Shown: positions 50,947 to 63,505 of the stretch, piece by piece
Layout: every line of letters begins with the position of its first letter
Numbering within the stretch: the stretch's first letter is position 1
Assembly: GCF_037042905.1 (NCBI RefSeq)
Contig: NC_087251.1
Location: 28,460,001 to 28,524,000, forward strand
Source: Lytechinus pictus
Taxonomy: Eukaryota
Direction of reading: 5' to 3'
Length of the DNA stretch: 64,000 nt
The notes under the pieces: model-generated
What the model was told of the DNA's origin: nothing
What the model saw: only the letters and a program-made list of their open reading frames with translations
The model's database searches: none
Made by a program: the position numbers and the translations under genes

Positions 50947-51622
50947 CCCTAAGGGGACTGGGCTATTTGAAATGTATTGAGCTCGGGGGGGGGGGGGGGG
51001 GTAGGGGGGCATGATGGGACCCCTTCTGATCTTGCCCGTCGTTCGTGCAATTGCACCGAAATATGGCACGCACATTTTTTATGAATAAAATATGCAAATT
51101 TATTAATGAAAAACATTGTTTGCATATTGAACACCAAATTTTCATCTTTTTTTTCCAAATGTCATCTTTGTAATCTTGTTTAAAGGATTCCGCAAAGAAA
51201 GATTGCAAAATTCAAATTTTTCCTAATGTATTTCTTTGTTTTCAGAATTTCTTATGTATTTTTTTTCATCTTTTGTTTTCATTGTTTTTTTTTCAATTGA
51301 AATTATTAAACCATTTAACAACTGAATTAAATCATTAATTAATTAAGTAGACCAATTAGAATAAAAATAATCATCCTTTTATGAATTGCATCTCCCATAT
51401 ACATGAAGTATAAAAATTAGCCATTTTGGGCTTAACATTCTCTTATAAAAAGTCATGTGGTGTCGCGATGCTGTACCGGTATGTCGTGAATTTGGTCTCA
51501 AAAGTTACGCAAGATTTCAAAGAAAAAAGTCATTAATTTTTGTGGCGCTATCTTTTCGCAGTCCGGAAATATTGCACAAAGCATTGAGGGGGGGCATAAT
51601 GGTTCCCCCAGTCCTTTTAGGG
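50947..51622. mobile_element. piggyBac-like non-autonomous element
   Basis: TTAA|ccctaaggggactggg ... cccagtccttttaggg|TTAA; 16-bp TIR with 2 mismatches and a TTAA target duplication. Confidence 0.75.
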
Positions 51623-51913
51623 TTAAGGCATTAACAAATTGGCATTCAATAGTATAGCACATTCCACACCCCGTTTGTTAATACCATAGTTGGTTTGTAT
51701 GTGGTTGCTATTTTTTTGTTGCCATATACCCTGTTTTTCTTTTGCTTTATTTGTTTCATTTGTTTAATTTCACCATATGGTTAATTTTACTTTTAAAAAC
51801 AAATCAATGCATTTTTCAGGATGTGTTTTGTCTAGTATTTTTGTCAATATTGTGTATGGTTTTGTCTGTGGATGTTATCACTTTATGGACTTTCAGTTAT
51901 TGACATACATGTA

Positions 51914-53187
51914 CCGTGAGTAAGGGTGTATTAACCGCACCTTTTTCTCGGCGGGACAGAATCAAAAGTCGGGGGTGCGGTTTATACACGGTGATAGGTC
52001 TGAGCCAAGCCAATCTCGGCCCTATACCACTACCAGTGTACAACTCGCGTCGGGTGGCCGAGCGTAGCCGCTTGGGGCAATGCCGCTTAGAGGGGCATGA
52101 GCCGCGGGTATAAAAGGGAAGCAACTATGACTACCGGTATCTACCGTAAATGTCCCTCAAAGTTAGATTACGGTAACAAACGCACCTACCTTCACGAAAC
52201 TGACATTTTGAATGGTGTGACTTTGTCTTTGTTGTCATTTATTAGTCAACGCGGCAAAGTTCAGACGCCGATCGATAATCGACCGAACAGCGCTGTACGG
52301 TGCGGCTGGCCGAATAAGACACGCATAGTAATGTTTATCGCAACGTCAACGTAAGCTGGCGCTTTACCTTTCAGTGGCTGTTATAATGTTTGACAAATTA
52401 TTGGTATTATTTGACAATTTTGTGCCATGAGGAGGGAGGTAAACGGAAGAAAGTTTCTTTCATTTGCCTTTCCTTCATTTCTCTCTATCATCCATCATCT
52501 TAAAATCAATCTTCAATCCCCGTCTTCATTCCTTCTGACTTTTTTTTTTTTTAATTATTATTCATTTTATTCCCACCCAGAGCTCCCATTGAAAATACGG
52601 TATACCGGTACTAGCATTTTTTTTCCTATTTGCTGTCTGTAAGATACCGCCACACACGTACTGAGAACTACCGGCAGTGGTTCAAAGCAGACAAGAAAAA
52701 CACCTGAACAAAATCGCAAATTTCTCGTATCTTGAACCTTCCCATATTCCCGTGTCTGAAATTCATGTCAAGACATTGAATGCTAGACAGAATTCTGAAA
52801 GCAAAAGTGGGGCTGTGATGCAGGAAATATGGTATGAACGATCTTCTCGAATGGGTGAGCCCCCATGTTGATGCTGGTATCGGTACTTGCAATGAACACC
52901 GGTACCATATGTGTGTGTGTGAGGTGAGTGTGTAGTTGGCCAATAATGTCGGCAATTTGCAGATAAGTGACGAAGCGCTGATTTCCCATCATTTTTTACC
53001 AGTAATACTTTGATTTTTTTTTTTTACATTTTTGGTTCTTGACTCTTTCTTAAATACGCATATTAGAGATAAAAAGTCAGTTTGATGACTTTTTTTTTTG
53101 GATTTTTTTTTTTTTTTTTTTTTTTTTCATCCGAAAATGGGGGGTGCGGTTAATACACGGGTGCGATTAATACACCGTTACTTACGG
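51914..53187. mobile_element. Tc1/mariner-superfamily (pogo/Tigger-like) non-autonomous element
   Basis: TA|ccgtgagtaagggtgtattaaccgcacc ... ggtgcgattaatacaccgttacttacgg|TA; subterminal ggtgcggtt.atacacgg repeats; no transposase ORF. Confidence 0.75.
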
Positions 53188-54623
53188 TATTCATCCAATT
53201 TTTGATCAATTTATCTTATTTGTTGCTTCATTATTGCATTCAATTAAGACTAGTAATAAAGAAAATATTCTACCCTTTTTATTATTATGCATTTTGCAAA
53301 GACTGCTTCTATGAGTTTTACAAATAAATTATCATTGCATGTAGTGATGAATCAACAGCCTAAAGCAAGCTTAAAAATTCATTTACTTATTTCTATTTCT
53401 GCATAGATGGGTTTTTTGTACAAGTTGCACGCTGAAATTTGATATATTTATGGGATGACATGAGATTCAAAATGAATATACCTAAACCAAACAATGCATA
53501 GTGTAAAGCAAATGACCTATATAAGAAAAGTAAATATTCAAGAAAAAAACGAAACAGAAAGAGAGAGAATGAGGGAGGAATGCATTCGGATAACATCAGT
53601 AAAACAACAGAGAAAAATAATCTTTAAAACTTTTCATGATTAACAGTAGGTTTATTTTCTTAGATTAACATCAAGCATTAGTAAAGTGAAAATTTCATCT
53701 TCCTGATATTAGCCGAGATCGAAATTGATCCTACATCACAAGAACTTTGAGATCCCCCTGTCACCTGCAAACAGGTGTCAGAGATGTGTATTAAGCTGTG
53801 TATGTTTGGATCATTCATGTTTAGAGATTGGAGATGATCATCACCTTGGATGGATTTCAAAGTGAAAATTGAGAGTGAAAATATGACAGTTTTACTGTAA
53901 ATATTTTAATCAAAATGTGATCACTGCTTTCAAAGATACTTACATTTCCAAAGTTATGCTAATTGTATGCCTTGGCTGAGGCAGATCATGGTCCATGCTC
54001 TATCTTAGTGGTGATGCATTTGAGGGACGTAATTTGCATTTTTGGATTAAGACTGGATTATGGGAGTTACTAGGTCAAGGGTTGAGTTAATGAATTTGCA
54101 TTTCATTTCAAGTTTCATTTAAAAAACGAATATATTGTGTTTTCACTTGAATTTCGCCACAGATACACTGATAATATAGATTGATTTACATATCTTTATA
54201 TTCACCATTTGTGAAATCCTTTTTATATATTATGATTTTTTACTATTACCATCTCATTTCTTCTACATCAGCTTGCTTTTACTGATATTACAGTAAAAGA
54301 ATGTGAACCAGTGGCTTAAATCTAATCGTCTTAAAGAAATGTTAATATCCATGTTAACATGGACAGTTTTAAGAATAGTGTTAATTCATATTTAATTAGC
54401 TTGATGTAAAACCTTGTACTTTTAATTTAATTATGGTTTTTATGTGGCCGTCATGGGCCACTTTTCATCATATTATGATGGCAACATCAGGCCCAAAGAA
54501 CAATCTAAAAAAATTGATATGAAGAGAGGCTTGTCTGCTTTGAAAGCAAAAAAAAAAGAAAGTATCTAATAATAGAATACTATTTAAAACGTATAACTTC
54601 TGACGGTTTCCATGGCGAAGAAG

Positions 54624-54737
54624 AATAGTGTAGTAGGTTTCACGGTACACCATGTATCTTTCTTGGGCAGATGTTGGTCCTGAAAAGGACCACCCAATCT
54701 CAGATACATGGTGTTCCGTGAAACCTACTACACTATT
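54624..54737. repeat. Inverted repeat with 36-bp arms (35/36 match) around a 42-nt loop
   Basis: aatagtgtagtaggtttcacggtacaccatgtatct versus agatacatggtgttccgtgaaacctactacactatt. Confidence 0.9.
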
Positions 54738-56043
54738 TAAAACTTATGTTGAAAAAATTAAAATTGCATCTAGGGTACTATGATAATAGGACACTAAATC
54801 ATTTGTGATGAATCATATCAAATGATACCATTTTGCATGTCATGCTCTATCTTTATTTGACTCATTGGTGTCATTGCTTGTCTTGGTGATTTAATGCAAC
54901 TTCCTTCAAAGTGTCTCCATTATGACTGGGATTTTAAAAAAGATATCTGTCTGGGGCTTTAGAATTTGACCTACTTAATCATTAAAATTAAAATAAAGTG
55001 AGTAGATACTTGATGTAATCATGTTTCCATATAGGAAATGCCCTCTGTGTGATAAATAGGTCATGGATGCCATCATGGTGAGTTGGTCTTTGTAGTTCAT
55101 GTCAGGTCAGGAAGCGTCTTTTCTTGGGGTGTCTTTGACTTTGTGAGAGCTTTCACACGGTATTTTAAGCTTCATTTTAATTTGAATGATCGTGCATGGT
55201 ATGTGCTTGAATTGGAGTGTTGACACAAGTGCAGAAATTGTAATTAGAATTGGAATGAATTTGTTTTTTCAATTCCAAGTTAGGTTCAAGTAACATGTTG
55301 CTTATATGACTGTGGAAGCTTCACATATTTTTTTTAGTTCTATACTCATGACGAAGTTTGAATGAGAGAATTCAGAATACAGAGCTGCATTTCTAATGAA
55401 AGATGACGAGGCCCATGGACTTTTTTTTACATCTTTTGCAATCTTCTAATCGTAATTTTAAAACCAATTGTTTTCAATGTTCATTGCATTCAATGTTCAT
55501 TGCATCACCAATGAATTGCACCATCCAAATTGGGTTGTCTTTTTATCTGGTTTGTAATAATCTTAAAATCCCAGTTGAAAAATCAACTTAATAATCACCC
55601 ATCTGAAAAGGCCCTGAGACGGCATGAATAAGGGCAATCCTAAACCTCAATTTTGCTTCAAATTCTAATCTTGTCACAGCTAGGTTTGTTTGTAGATTTC
55701 TCACATGTTACTAGTCATATCGTGCAGTATTCGTGAAAAATTCCATCATAATATGAAATATGAATACTTTTGAGATTACCTGGGACCTTTACAGGAAAGC
55801 TTGATGAATCATCAAACAGGTCAGGTATTTTTGGTGTTAAAGTTGTATATAGGTCATCGGCGGATCCAGGGGGGTGGCGCAGGGGGCGCACGCCCCCCTA
55901 ATATTTGAGCGGCGCCGCTCAAAAAAAAAAAAGTAAAAAAAAGAAAAGGACGTGCGTCGCTTGAAAAAATAAAAATAAAGGAATGAAAACTGCCTTTTTC
56001 TCAACAACTTCGCCGGTAGCTGTGCGCTGCCTGCATATAACTG

Positions 56044-56556
56044 GTGCCGATTAAGAATAATCAGCGCCACCTTAATCTAAATCGGCGCCGGGCAAGAATA
56101 ATCAGCACTGCCAGAGTCTTAACCGGCGCCAATCAAGGATAATCAGCGCCACCTAAATCTAAATCGGCGCTATCTGGTTATAAATCGGCGCCGGTAAAGA
56201 AAAATCGACGCTGCCTGAGTTCTTACCCGGCGCCGATCAAGGATAATCGGCGCCAGTCAAGAATAATAGGCGCCTCCTGGTTCTAAATCGGCGCCAGTCG
56301 ATTATGAATTGCCGCTGCCTGAATTTTACGTGACATCTGTAAAAATAATCAGCACTACTTGTTTAAATCGGCGCCGGTCAAGACAAATCGGCGCTGCCTT
56401 TGTCTTAACCGGCGCCACCTAAATTTAAATCGGCGCCGGTCAAGAATGATCAGCGTCCCCTGGTTCCAATAAATAGGCGCCGGTAGAATAATGAAGAAGG
56501 GCCTATATTGCCAACCAAATCTTGATCGGCGCCGGTCAAGAATGATCAGCGGCACC
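56044..56556. repeat. Degenerate minisatellite built on aaatcggcgcc.gtcaagaataatcagcgcc
   Basis: More than ten ggcgcc-centred units visible. Confidence 0.85.
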
Positions 56557-57368
56557 TAGCTGGTTATACATTTGATTGTTGAATGGTCATAACGAATAAC
56601 AAAGCTTATCGCATGCCCTTACAGAGTGGACTGGGACAGTTGCCCCCAGATGTCATGAAATCTTTAATTTGTTGTTTTAAGAAATCCCAGAATCATACAA
56701 AAGTGTAGAGCAAATCCTTTAATTTTGATCTTATTTTCCAATGCTTAAGTAAAAAAAAGGTCAGTCACTTTTCTTCTTTACACATTCCACATTGTACCAC
56801 CTCTATGGCCTTTAGTGTAAGACAGCTACTCTAGTGTTTTATGAAGATGATTTGATATTTTAGTCTAAAACGTTGCTTATACCGGGAGTGTATAATTACG
56901 CAACCATGCAGACATATATTCGTTAGACCTTAAACCACTAAATATCATTTTCAATGTATTAATACAGTTTGTCAATACCTTTGTTTTAACGTTTAAATGT
57001 TTACGCCACAAAATTTGATTTATTTTCATCTTCCATTAAGTTAAATATTATTCATCTGATCACTCAGGAAGAAGTTTAAAACAAAGATAACGATACCTAT
57101 AAAACTGGAGAACTTTTTCCAAAGCTCTGTCTTGAAAGATCTCTTTCTGAATTCAGCTCATAAGCATTATATCCAGTTTCATCAAAGTAATTAGATAAAA
57201 ATTACTCATCATTACAAATTGCATTAGATTTAGTGAAAACCATCACAATATATAATTCTGTATATAGGCCTAAACATCATGTACATGAAAATTGAATGAT
57301 GATATATAAACCTGGATTGGTGATGTATTACAAATGATTCATCATGACTTGTAGTATCATTGTATATG

Positions 57369-58059
57369 CAGTGGCGTCGATCCGGGGGGGGGGGGGCAGG
57401 GGGCGGTCGCCCCACCAATGAAAATATTGGGTTTGGGGGGCAAACATATCGTTTTGCCCTCCCCCAATAGTTCCGCATGTGCAAAAATAAAATAAGATGG
57501 TAATGTTACACATAAATCAGCAAGTGAGATAGAGCTACACAACTCGTTCTTTATTTAAAATCGTGCAAATTGTCCACTTTTCAGATTGGAATATAAAAAT
57601 TTTCAGCTCGCGCTTCGCGCTCGCATCATTTCTGTAGCAAAACCCCATACTTTTCATGATTAAATATATGTGAATAGAATGTCCCGTTTTCAGTTCTAAT
57701 CAAAAGAACTCCCGCTTCGATTTGCAATAATCTTTTGTTGGATATAATCTTGTTCTCTATTAAAAACGTCCATTAAACTGTCATTTTTTCAGATCGAAAT
57801 ATCAAAATTTTAAGCTCGCGCTTCGCGCTCGCATCTATTGTTTTTTTAGATACCCATCTTAATCATTGGTACCTAAATGCTTAGAATATAAACCTTTCTG
57901 GTCAGAATATAAAGAAATTTTAGCTCGCCCTCGGCACTCGCATTATCTGTGTAGTGAGATATGTATCCTCCTCATGAGTTACTACAAACAGTCCTAAACA
58001 GGCACCTTTTTTCAGGTCAGTATACTATAAAAATTTCAGCTCGCGCTTCGCGCTCGCAT
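57369..58059. repeat. Nested repeat starting cagtggcgtcgatcc, with four agctcgcgcttcgcgctcgcat motifs
   Basis: Motif at about 57605, 57813, 57922 (degenerate) and 58038. Confidence 0.7.
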
Positions 58060-61000
58060 TAATTTGTTTGTGAGATATGTGTCTCTATCTCATGAGTCAT
58101 CTCTATATATATATATATATTATATATACATATACACCTTTTCCAACATTATCTTTTATGGCGCCGGTGAAGTGCAAAAATTTGTGCGCCGCTCGGCAGT
58201 GCGCCCCCCCTTTCGCAAAAAGCTGGATCCGCCTATGTAGGTGAATTATTGACTGCAGGGATTTTCTAGGAAATGCTGACTTTGCTCATGCCCTCAGAAG
58301 ATCTATGAATCTGGAACAAAGTTTGAAAATAGGATTAGAGAGCCAGTGAAGGATGAGAGCAAGAGAAGAGATATTGTAAACACCCCCAAATAATAAATTG
58401 ACTCATTGTTAAATACATGCCATTGATCAGAGTACCATCTTATGATTAACAAGGGAGGAGGATCAGCAAACAGTCCCCCCCCCCCATGAATGAATGAATG
58501 AATGAATAAATAAATAAATGAATTTAAAAAAATATATATTAAATAAATAAATAAAAAATAAGTAAATTCTATCACTGTTAAATTCAAGTCTTGTGATAGA
58601 GCAGCCCCTTTGAAAATCGTAGTACGCATTTGAAAATGCCCCCATTAATTAATTAATTAAATCTAAATTGGCCCATTATGTGGAATGAAATTGGCCCATT
58701 TTTAGCCTAGTATCTAATGGAACATTGTAACATTGTGTTCCCTGAGTAACAGAATTCATTAGTTAATTTGTTGAATTGAAGCCACTGTAAAACCCGCCGT
58801 CAGCGAAGAATTAATTATCATTTTCAAACAACCCCCCCTCCCCCCATATATAAGGTCATTGTCCAATACAAGTCACAGCCTACTGTGAAAAAGTAAAAGT
58901 ATCACTCTTTTTTATATGATGTCAGTCATTGATATCCTCTTTATAAACATTTTTGCAACTGGATATATGCTTCTATTTAATGTTGGGGAACCTAAGCTTG
59001 ACAGCTTTGCATGCAGAGTTGTAAACAAGAATAAACTTGCGTGTATTTTCTTCTGGATGCTCTGGTTATTGCTGTTATTGGGCATTTAAATTACATGTAA
59101 TTGTATCAAACAATGAGGCTTCTAGAATGAAGTTGATTCGTCTAAACCCACATGCTTTGTTAGATCTAATGTGTCAATAAAAAAAATAAAAAATAAAAAA
59201 TCAGTCAAAAAAATTGTTATTAAAAAAACGAAATCATATATTGGTAGTTTACGACCCTAAAACTCATCTTTTCTGTCTTGGTAAAATAAATTGAGAAAAC
59301 AACAGTATACCTTGTATTCTGTTAGAAGCTGATTCCTCTAATTTTGAAAAAGTTGATTTGTCCCTTGTTGTATGTTATCCTTCTCTTTTGCATTTCACGT
59401 ATTAGGCATATAATGGATAGGTTAGAGTACATTGCTGAATATATTTTCCATGTAATAATAATTGAGATAGATTAGCAATTTTTTCACCAATTACTGGCCT
59501 TTTTTTCTTATGTTTAAAGGGGTATGAATATCTCTTAAACATTCACCTCTTCCACAATTCCTATTCTTTGAAAGAGTAGAGCAAGAACAGAATAGAAAAT
59601 TATGGGTTGCTCTTTTCCCCCAAGCAACTCAATTCATTCATAATTCATGCCTCTTTATTCACCCAGTCAGATTGTTATGATGATAAATTGGTTGATAATT
59701 TATTTTAGTTATCAAATTAGTGTTCTATAGCTTTTGGGTCAGTGGGAGGTTATATTGTGGTGAGAAATATATTATGTGTCATATCATAGTGTATATTTCA
59801 TAGACTGTATTGTGAATTCTGTTGACTATTTCTTCTGCTATTTCAAGAATGCTTTTGTCTCTCAGCAAATTTTGTACTTCAATTAAGTTCACACTTCATT
59901 ATATGATTCATTTTAGATGAGACTGTCATAATTTTGTTTGTTTTTCATGTACAATACAATAATGAAAATATACAAAAATGAGAGGTAAAACATGATATAA
60001 CTTTGGATGATAGCCCGATTCAGCAATTTTGATGTAAAATTCTAAAAATGAGTGTTCTTCCTTTGAGTCTGTGACTTTGTGATCATTTATCAAGCAGCAA
60101 AATGTTTTGAAACTGTTCATTCAACTTATTTGATATATAAATCATTCATTATATGATATTTGAAGGTTTATTTCATGTACCCCCCACTCTCCCTCTCCTC
60201 TCTCTCTTTCTCTCCCCCCCCCCCCCTATCTTGCTGGATCTGTCTCATTTTCTCTCCATCTCTTCTGTCATCAGTTTCTCTCCTAATTTTCTCTTTCCAT
60301 CCCTTTCTCTCCATTGCTTCATCTCCCTTTAGTGTATTTAATTAATAATAACTGCCATATACTTCCAAGCTTTTCTCTCGTTCAATTTTATGATCAAACA
60401 TGTACAGAGAACGAGCACACTCCCTCCCGGGGGGCCTCCGTTCACAACAGAACAATTTGAAGTTGTTTGCTTCTGAGCACGTGCCATGCAATAAATTAGC
60501 TCCTTTTTGATGTACTCATATCTCTGGCAAGATGTAATATCCTAACAAAGAAGAAGTTTTCATATTTGTTCAATGATTGCAGCTCATTTGAGGCCAACAG
60601 CTCTTTTCAATCTAAACAATGCTCAGTGTTATGCAAAAAGAACATGAAAATGTAGTTTCTTTTAAGGTCAGTTACTTGGTTTAGTTCATTCTAAAATTCT
60701 CTTGATACCATGATGTTTATTTCCTGTGGAAATATCATAGCATAACATCAAGACTGTACAGACATACTTAGAAATAGGTGGATAAATATACAAATACAAT
60801 GATTGCTTTAGAGAAGTTTTCACTCTTACATCTTCTCTATTGCTACATTGTTTACCCTAAAGTTTCAAAAATTTGGTAAGACTTTTTTAAAAATCTCATT
60901 TGAATACTTCCTTTTATTACTACTGCAGAGTGAATGATACTTAAAATAATTATATTATGAATTTCCCGAGTGTCATTTTTGTAGTGGATTAAGCCAGATA

Positions 61001-63451
61001 AAACTAAAATCTTCATTGCCTTGACATTAAACTGAAGTATAAATGAATTGCCCCTTATCATGCTGCTAGCTGTATGACACGTACAATTTATAGGTGGTTA
61101 TTCACCGTTGAACTGTGCAAACAATATAAATGACAGCGACAGTTAATGGAATATGGACTTTTGTCTCTTCTTCTTCGTGTCATTATTTGAAATATATGTA
61201 TTCAAGAGGAACATGCCTTTTCTATGTGGAAGAATAGGTCTGATTAAGTTCAGTAGTTTTATTGCCTAGCACTGCAAAGCATGATTTATAAACCAATAAC
61301 ATAATAGATTGGCAAATATAGTTGATAGTATATTCCCTGCTACTGTTTTCTTTTTTCATGTGATTACTGATGGACTATATTCATGGGACTGTTTCAGGAA
61401 AGAAATAGTCATTTATTTTCACTGGTGTATTCGTTCTGAGCCAATCAGGTGCAAGGATTTCAGTAGCTTATAACTAAAAATCTCTATTTGTTTCATGAAA
61501 TGCTCCGCTGAAGTCTTAATCAATTCCCATCTGCTTAAACTGGTTAAAAGCTAGATGTCAGTATTTTTAATATTTTTTTTTACATTTCATCAATCATGTT
61601 CCTTAGCTGTAGCTTATAACAGGAGCTTAAATTCTAACTTGATATTGCTAACAGGTTTTATGAAACAAGACCCTTGCAATCTGGCACACCAAATCATGTC
61701 TAGTGCTTTTATATGTCAAATTTCTATCACTTCTGAAGGCATTGTATTATAGAATTGCTAGTAGATTTGTACCATTAAAGAAATGAATGAATGTATGTAT
61801 GCAGTGTATGTTAAGGTTGTATGAATGAATGATTTGAATAAATTTACCATTTGGTTTAAAATAAATTGGACAGTCCATCTTATAGGGAATATCATAAATA
61901 GGTGATATGAAATATCCATCCTTTCAAAGACCGGGCCCTATCCATTTACAGAACTATCCCAGGTGGACATCTACCTTACCTGGGTGTAGTGTGGCAGATG
62001 TGTAGAGTCATGCTTTGCTGAATGTGCAAAGGCTGGACTTTTGACAAGGGACCATGTGATCACAGGCTCATGATGCAGCCATCAGACCATGACACTTATT
62101 TCATTCATCCAGTTAGGCAGCTTGATTCCTTTGGCATTGAGAGAAACAAAGGAAAGTGGACATGCTTTTCAGACTATGGCTATTATGTCTCATTCAACCA
62201 TGTAAAAGTGTTGAAAGGAACCCCCTTTGAAAAAAAAATTCATGGAAAGAGAATGAAAGATTCAAATAAAGAGATTAAAACAGAGATCACCCTTCAGTAT
62301 GCTCACACAAGCTCAGATGTAAACACAAGACAAACACACAGTCACATACACACAACGCACCAATCATCATTCATTCATTCATTCATTGAGTGCAGGTGTG
62401 GATGTGAGGTCGATGTCTTCCTGTGCATGCAGTGCAGCGCTGCACGATCAGCTACTACTAGTACCACGAATCATTAGTCTGCTGATACGGCTGGAGGGAG
62501 GACGTGTGCTGTTGTATTCATGATTCTTTACTCTTCATCACAACCCCTCGCAATCAAAACCACCTGCACTCTGCATCACGTGTACTACGGAATCTACAAA
62601 TCAAACAAAATATGACTTTTCATCAGTGCGCATGAGATTACATGAAATAGTGGCCCTTTGTGTTGACTAGGAGATGGATGTAGCGTAATGATGGAAGCTT
62701 TGAGCCTTGGATGATGTAAGTATCACAGCTTTCTCGCAGCAGGATTTGTGGTTAGAGCATATATAAGAGCTGTCTATGAAGGGATAAAACTTGCGGTGTC
62801 AAATGAATCCTTTTGCATTCAAGGAATTCAAGGAGAGCCGGCCATTGCAGCTACATTATTGTTCTTTCAAGTCTCCCATTTCTATATTGATAATGGGCAA
62901 TTATGTTTGACGGATATTACATGTCGTTGCTGCATGTAAATCTGTACATCATTTAAAACGGACTCTTCAATCTTCCCTCTTGAAGCTGTGTAGTCAAATG
63001 TGTGAGGAATAACTGATCAACCGATCAACCACTTGGATTTCTTATCTTGGAATAATTGCATCTATGGCTGTAATTTGATGTTGTCTTCATTAGAATTTTC
63101 AAACCCTGGAAATCTTGGAAGTTAATAGAGAAATTGTATATTGATTCTCAAAATGTATCATCCTTCGTGTACCTCAACACATTCATCAATTTTGCTCTGT
63201 AATCCCTAACATCCGCACACCACTCGCGTGTCTGGCGCTATCAGACCCTCCAGAGCTGAGCAGAGGTGGCTTGGAAGCAACAATTAGCTAGTGTCCTATC
63301 TTCCTTTCTTTGCTCTGAAAACACACTTCCTAACTTAAAGAAAATAGACTCTGAAGAAAAGGATAATTCTATAAGAGAGGTGATGACCTGACACTGACCT
63401 GAGGCTTACCCCTGACCGTTAAGACCCTACCCAAAATCTGGATGCGTAATC

Positions 63452-63505
63452 ATGCTCTCGTCCCCGATCACCCCGAAGCGTCGGACTCTGGTTCCGCTTG
63501 GAAAT
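63452..63505 (+). CDS. Candidate alternative first coding exon MLSSPITPKRRTLVPLGN (CDK sites plus D-box)
   Basis: aatcATG context; locally GC/CpG-rich; AAT|gtaagt consensus donor in phase 0, the same phase as the intron it lies in. Confidence 0.5.

Larger units (their letters stand above)
55855..58237. mobile_element. Composite non-autonomous TIR element with a 5-bp target duplication
   Basis: TAGGT|catcggcggatccag ... ctggatccgcctatg|TAGGT; 15-bp TIR with 1 mismatch. Confidence 0.75.

Noticed and set aside
51897..52992. Short ORFs inside the pogo-like element as transposase
   Set aside because: No recognisable HTH, CENP-B or DDE motifs.
56044..56556. CRISPR-like array
   Set aside because: Eukaryotic context, degenerate adjoining units and no unique spacers; it is a minisatellite inside a transposon.
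62022..62477. 151-aa ORF as a coding exon
   Set aside because: It runs through a SINE-like remnant and microsatellites, with no spectrin-like content or fitting splice sites.
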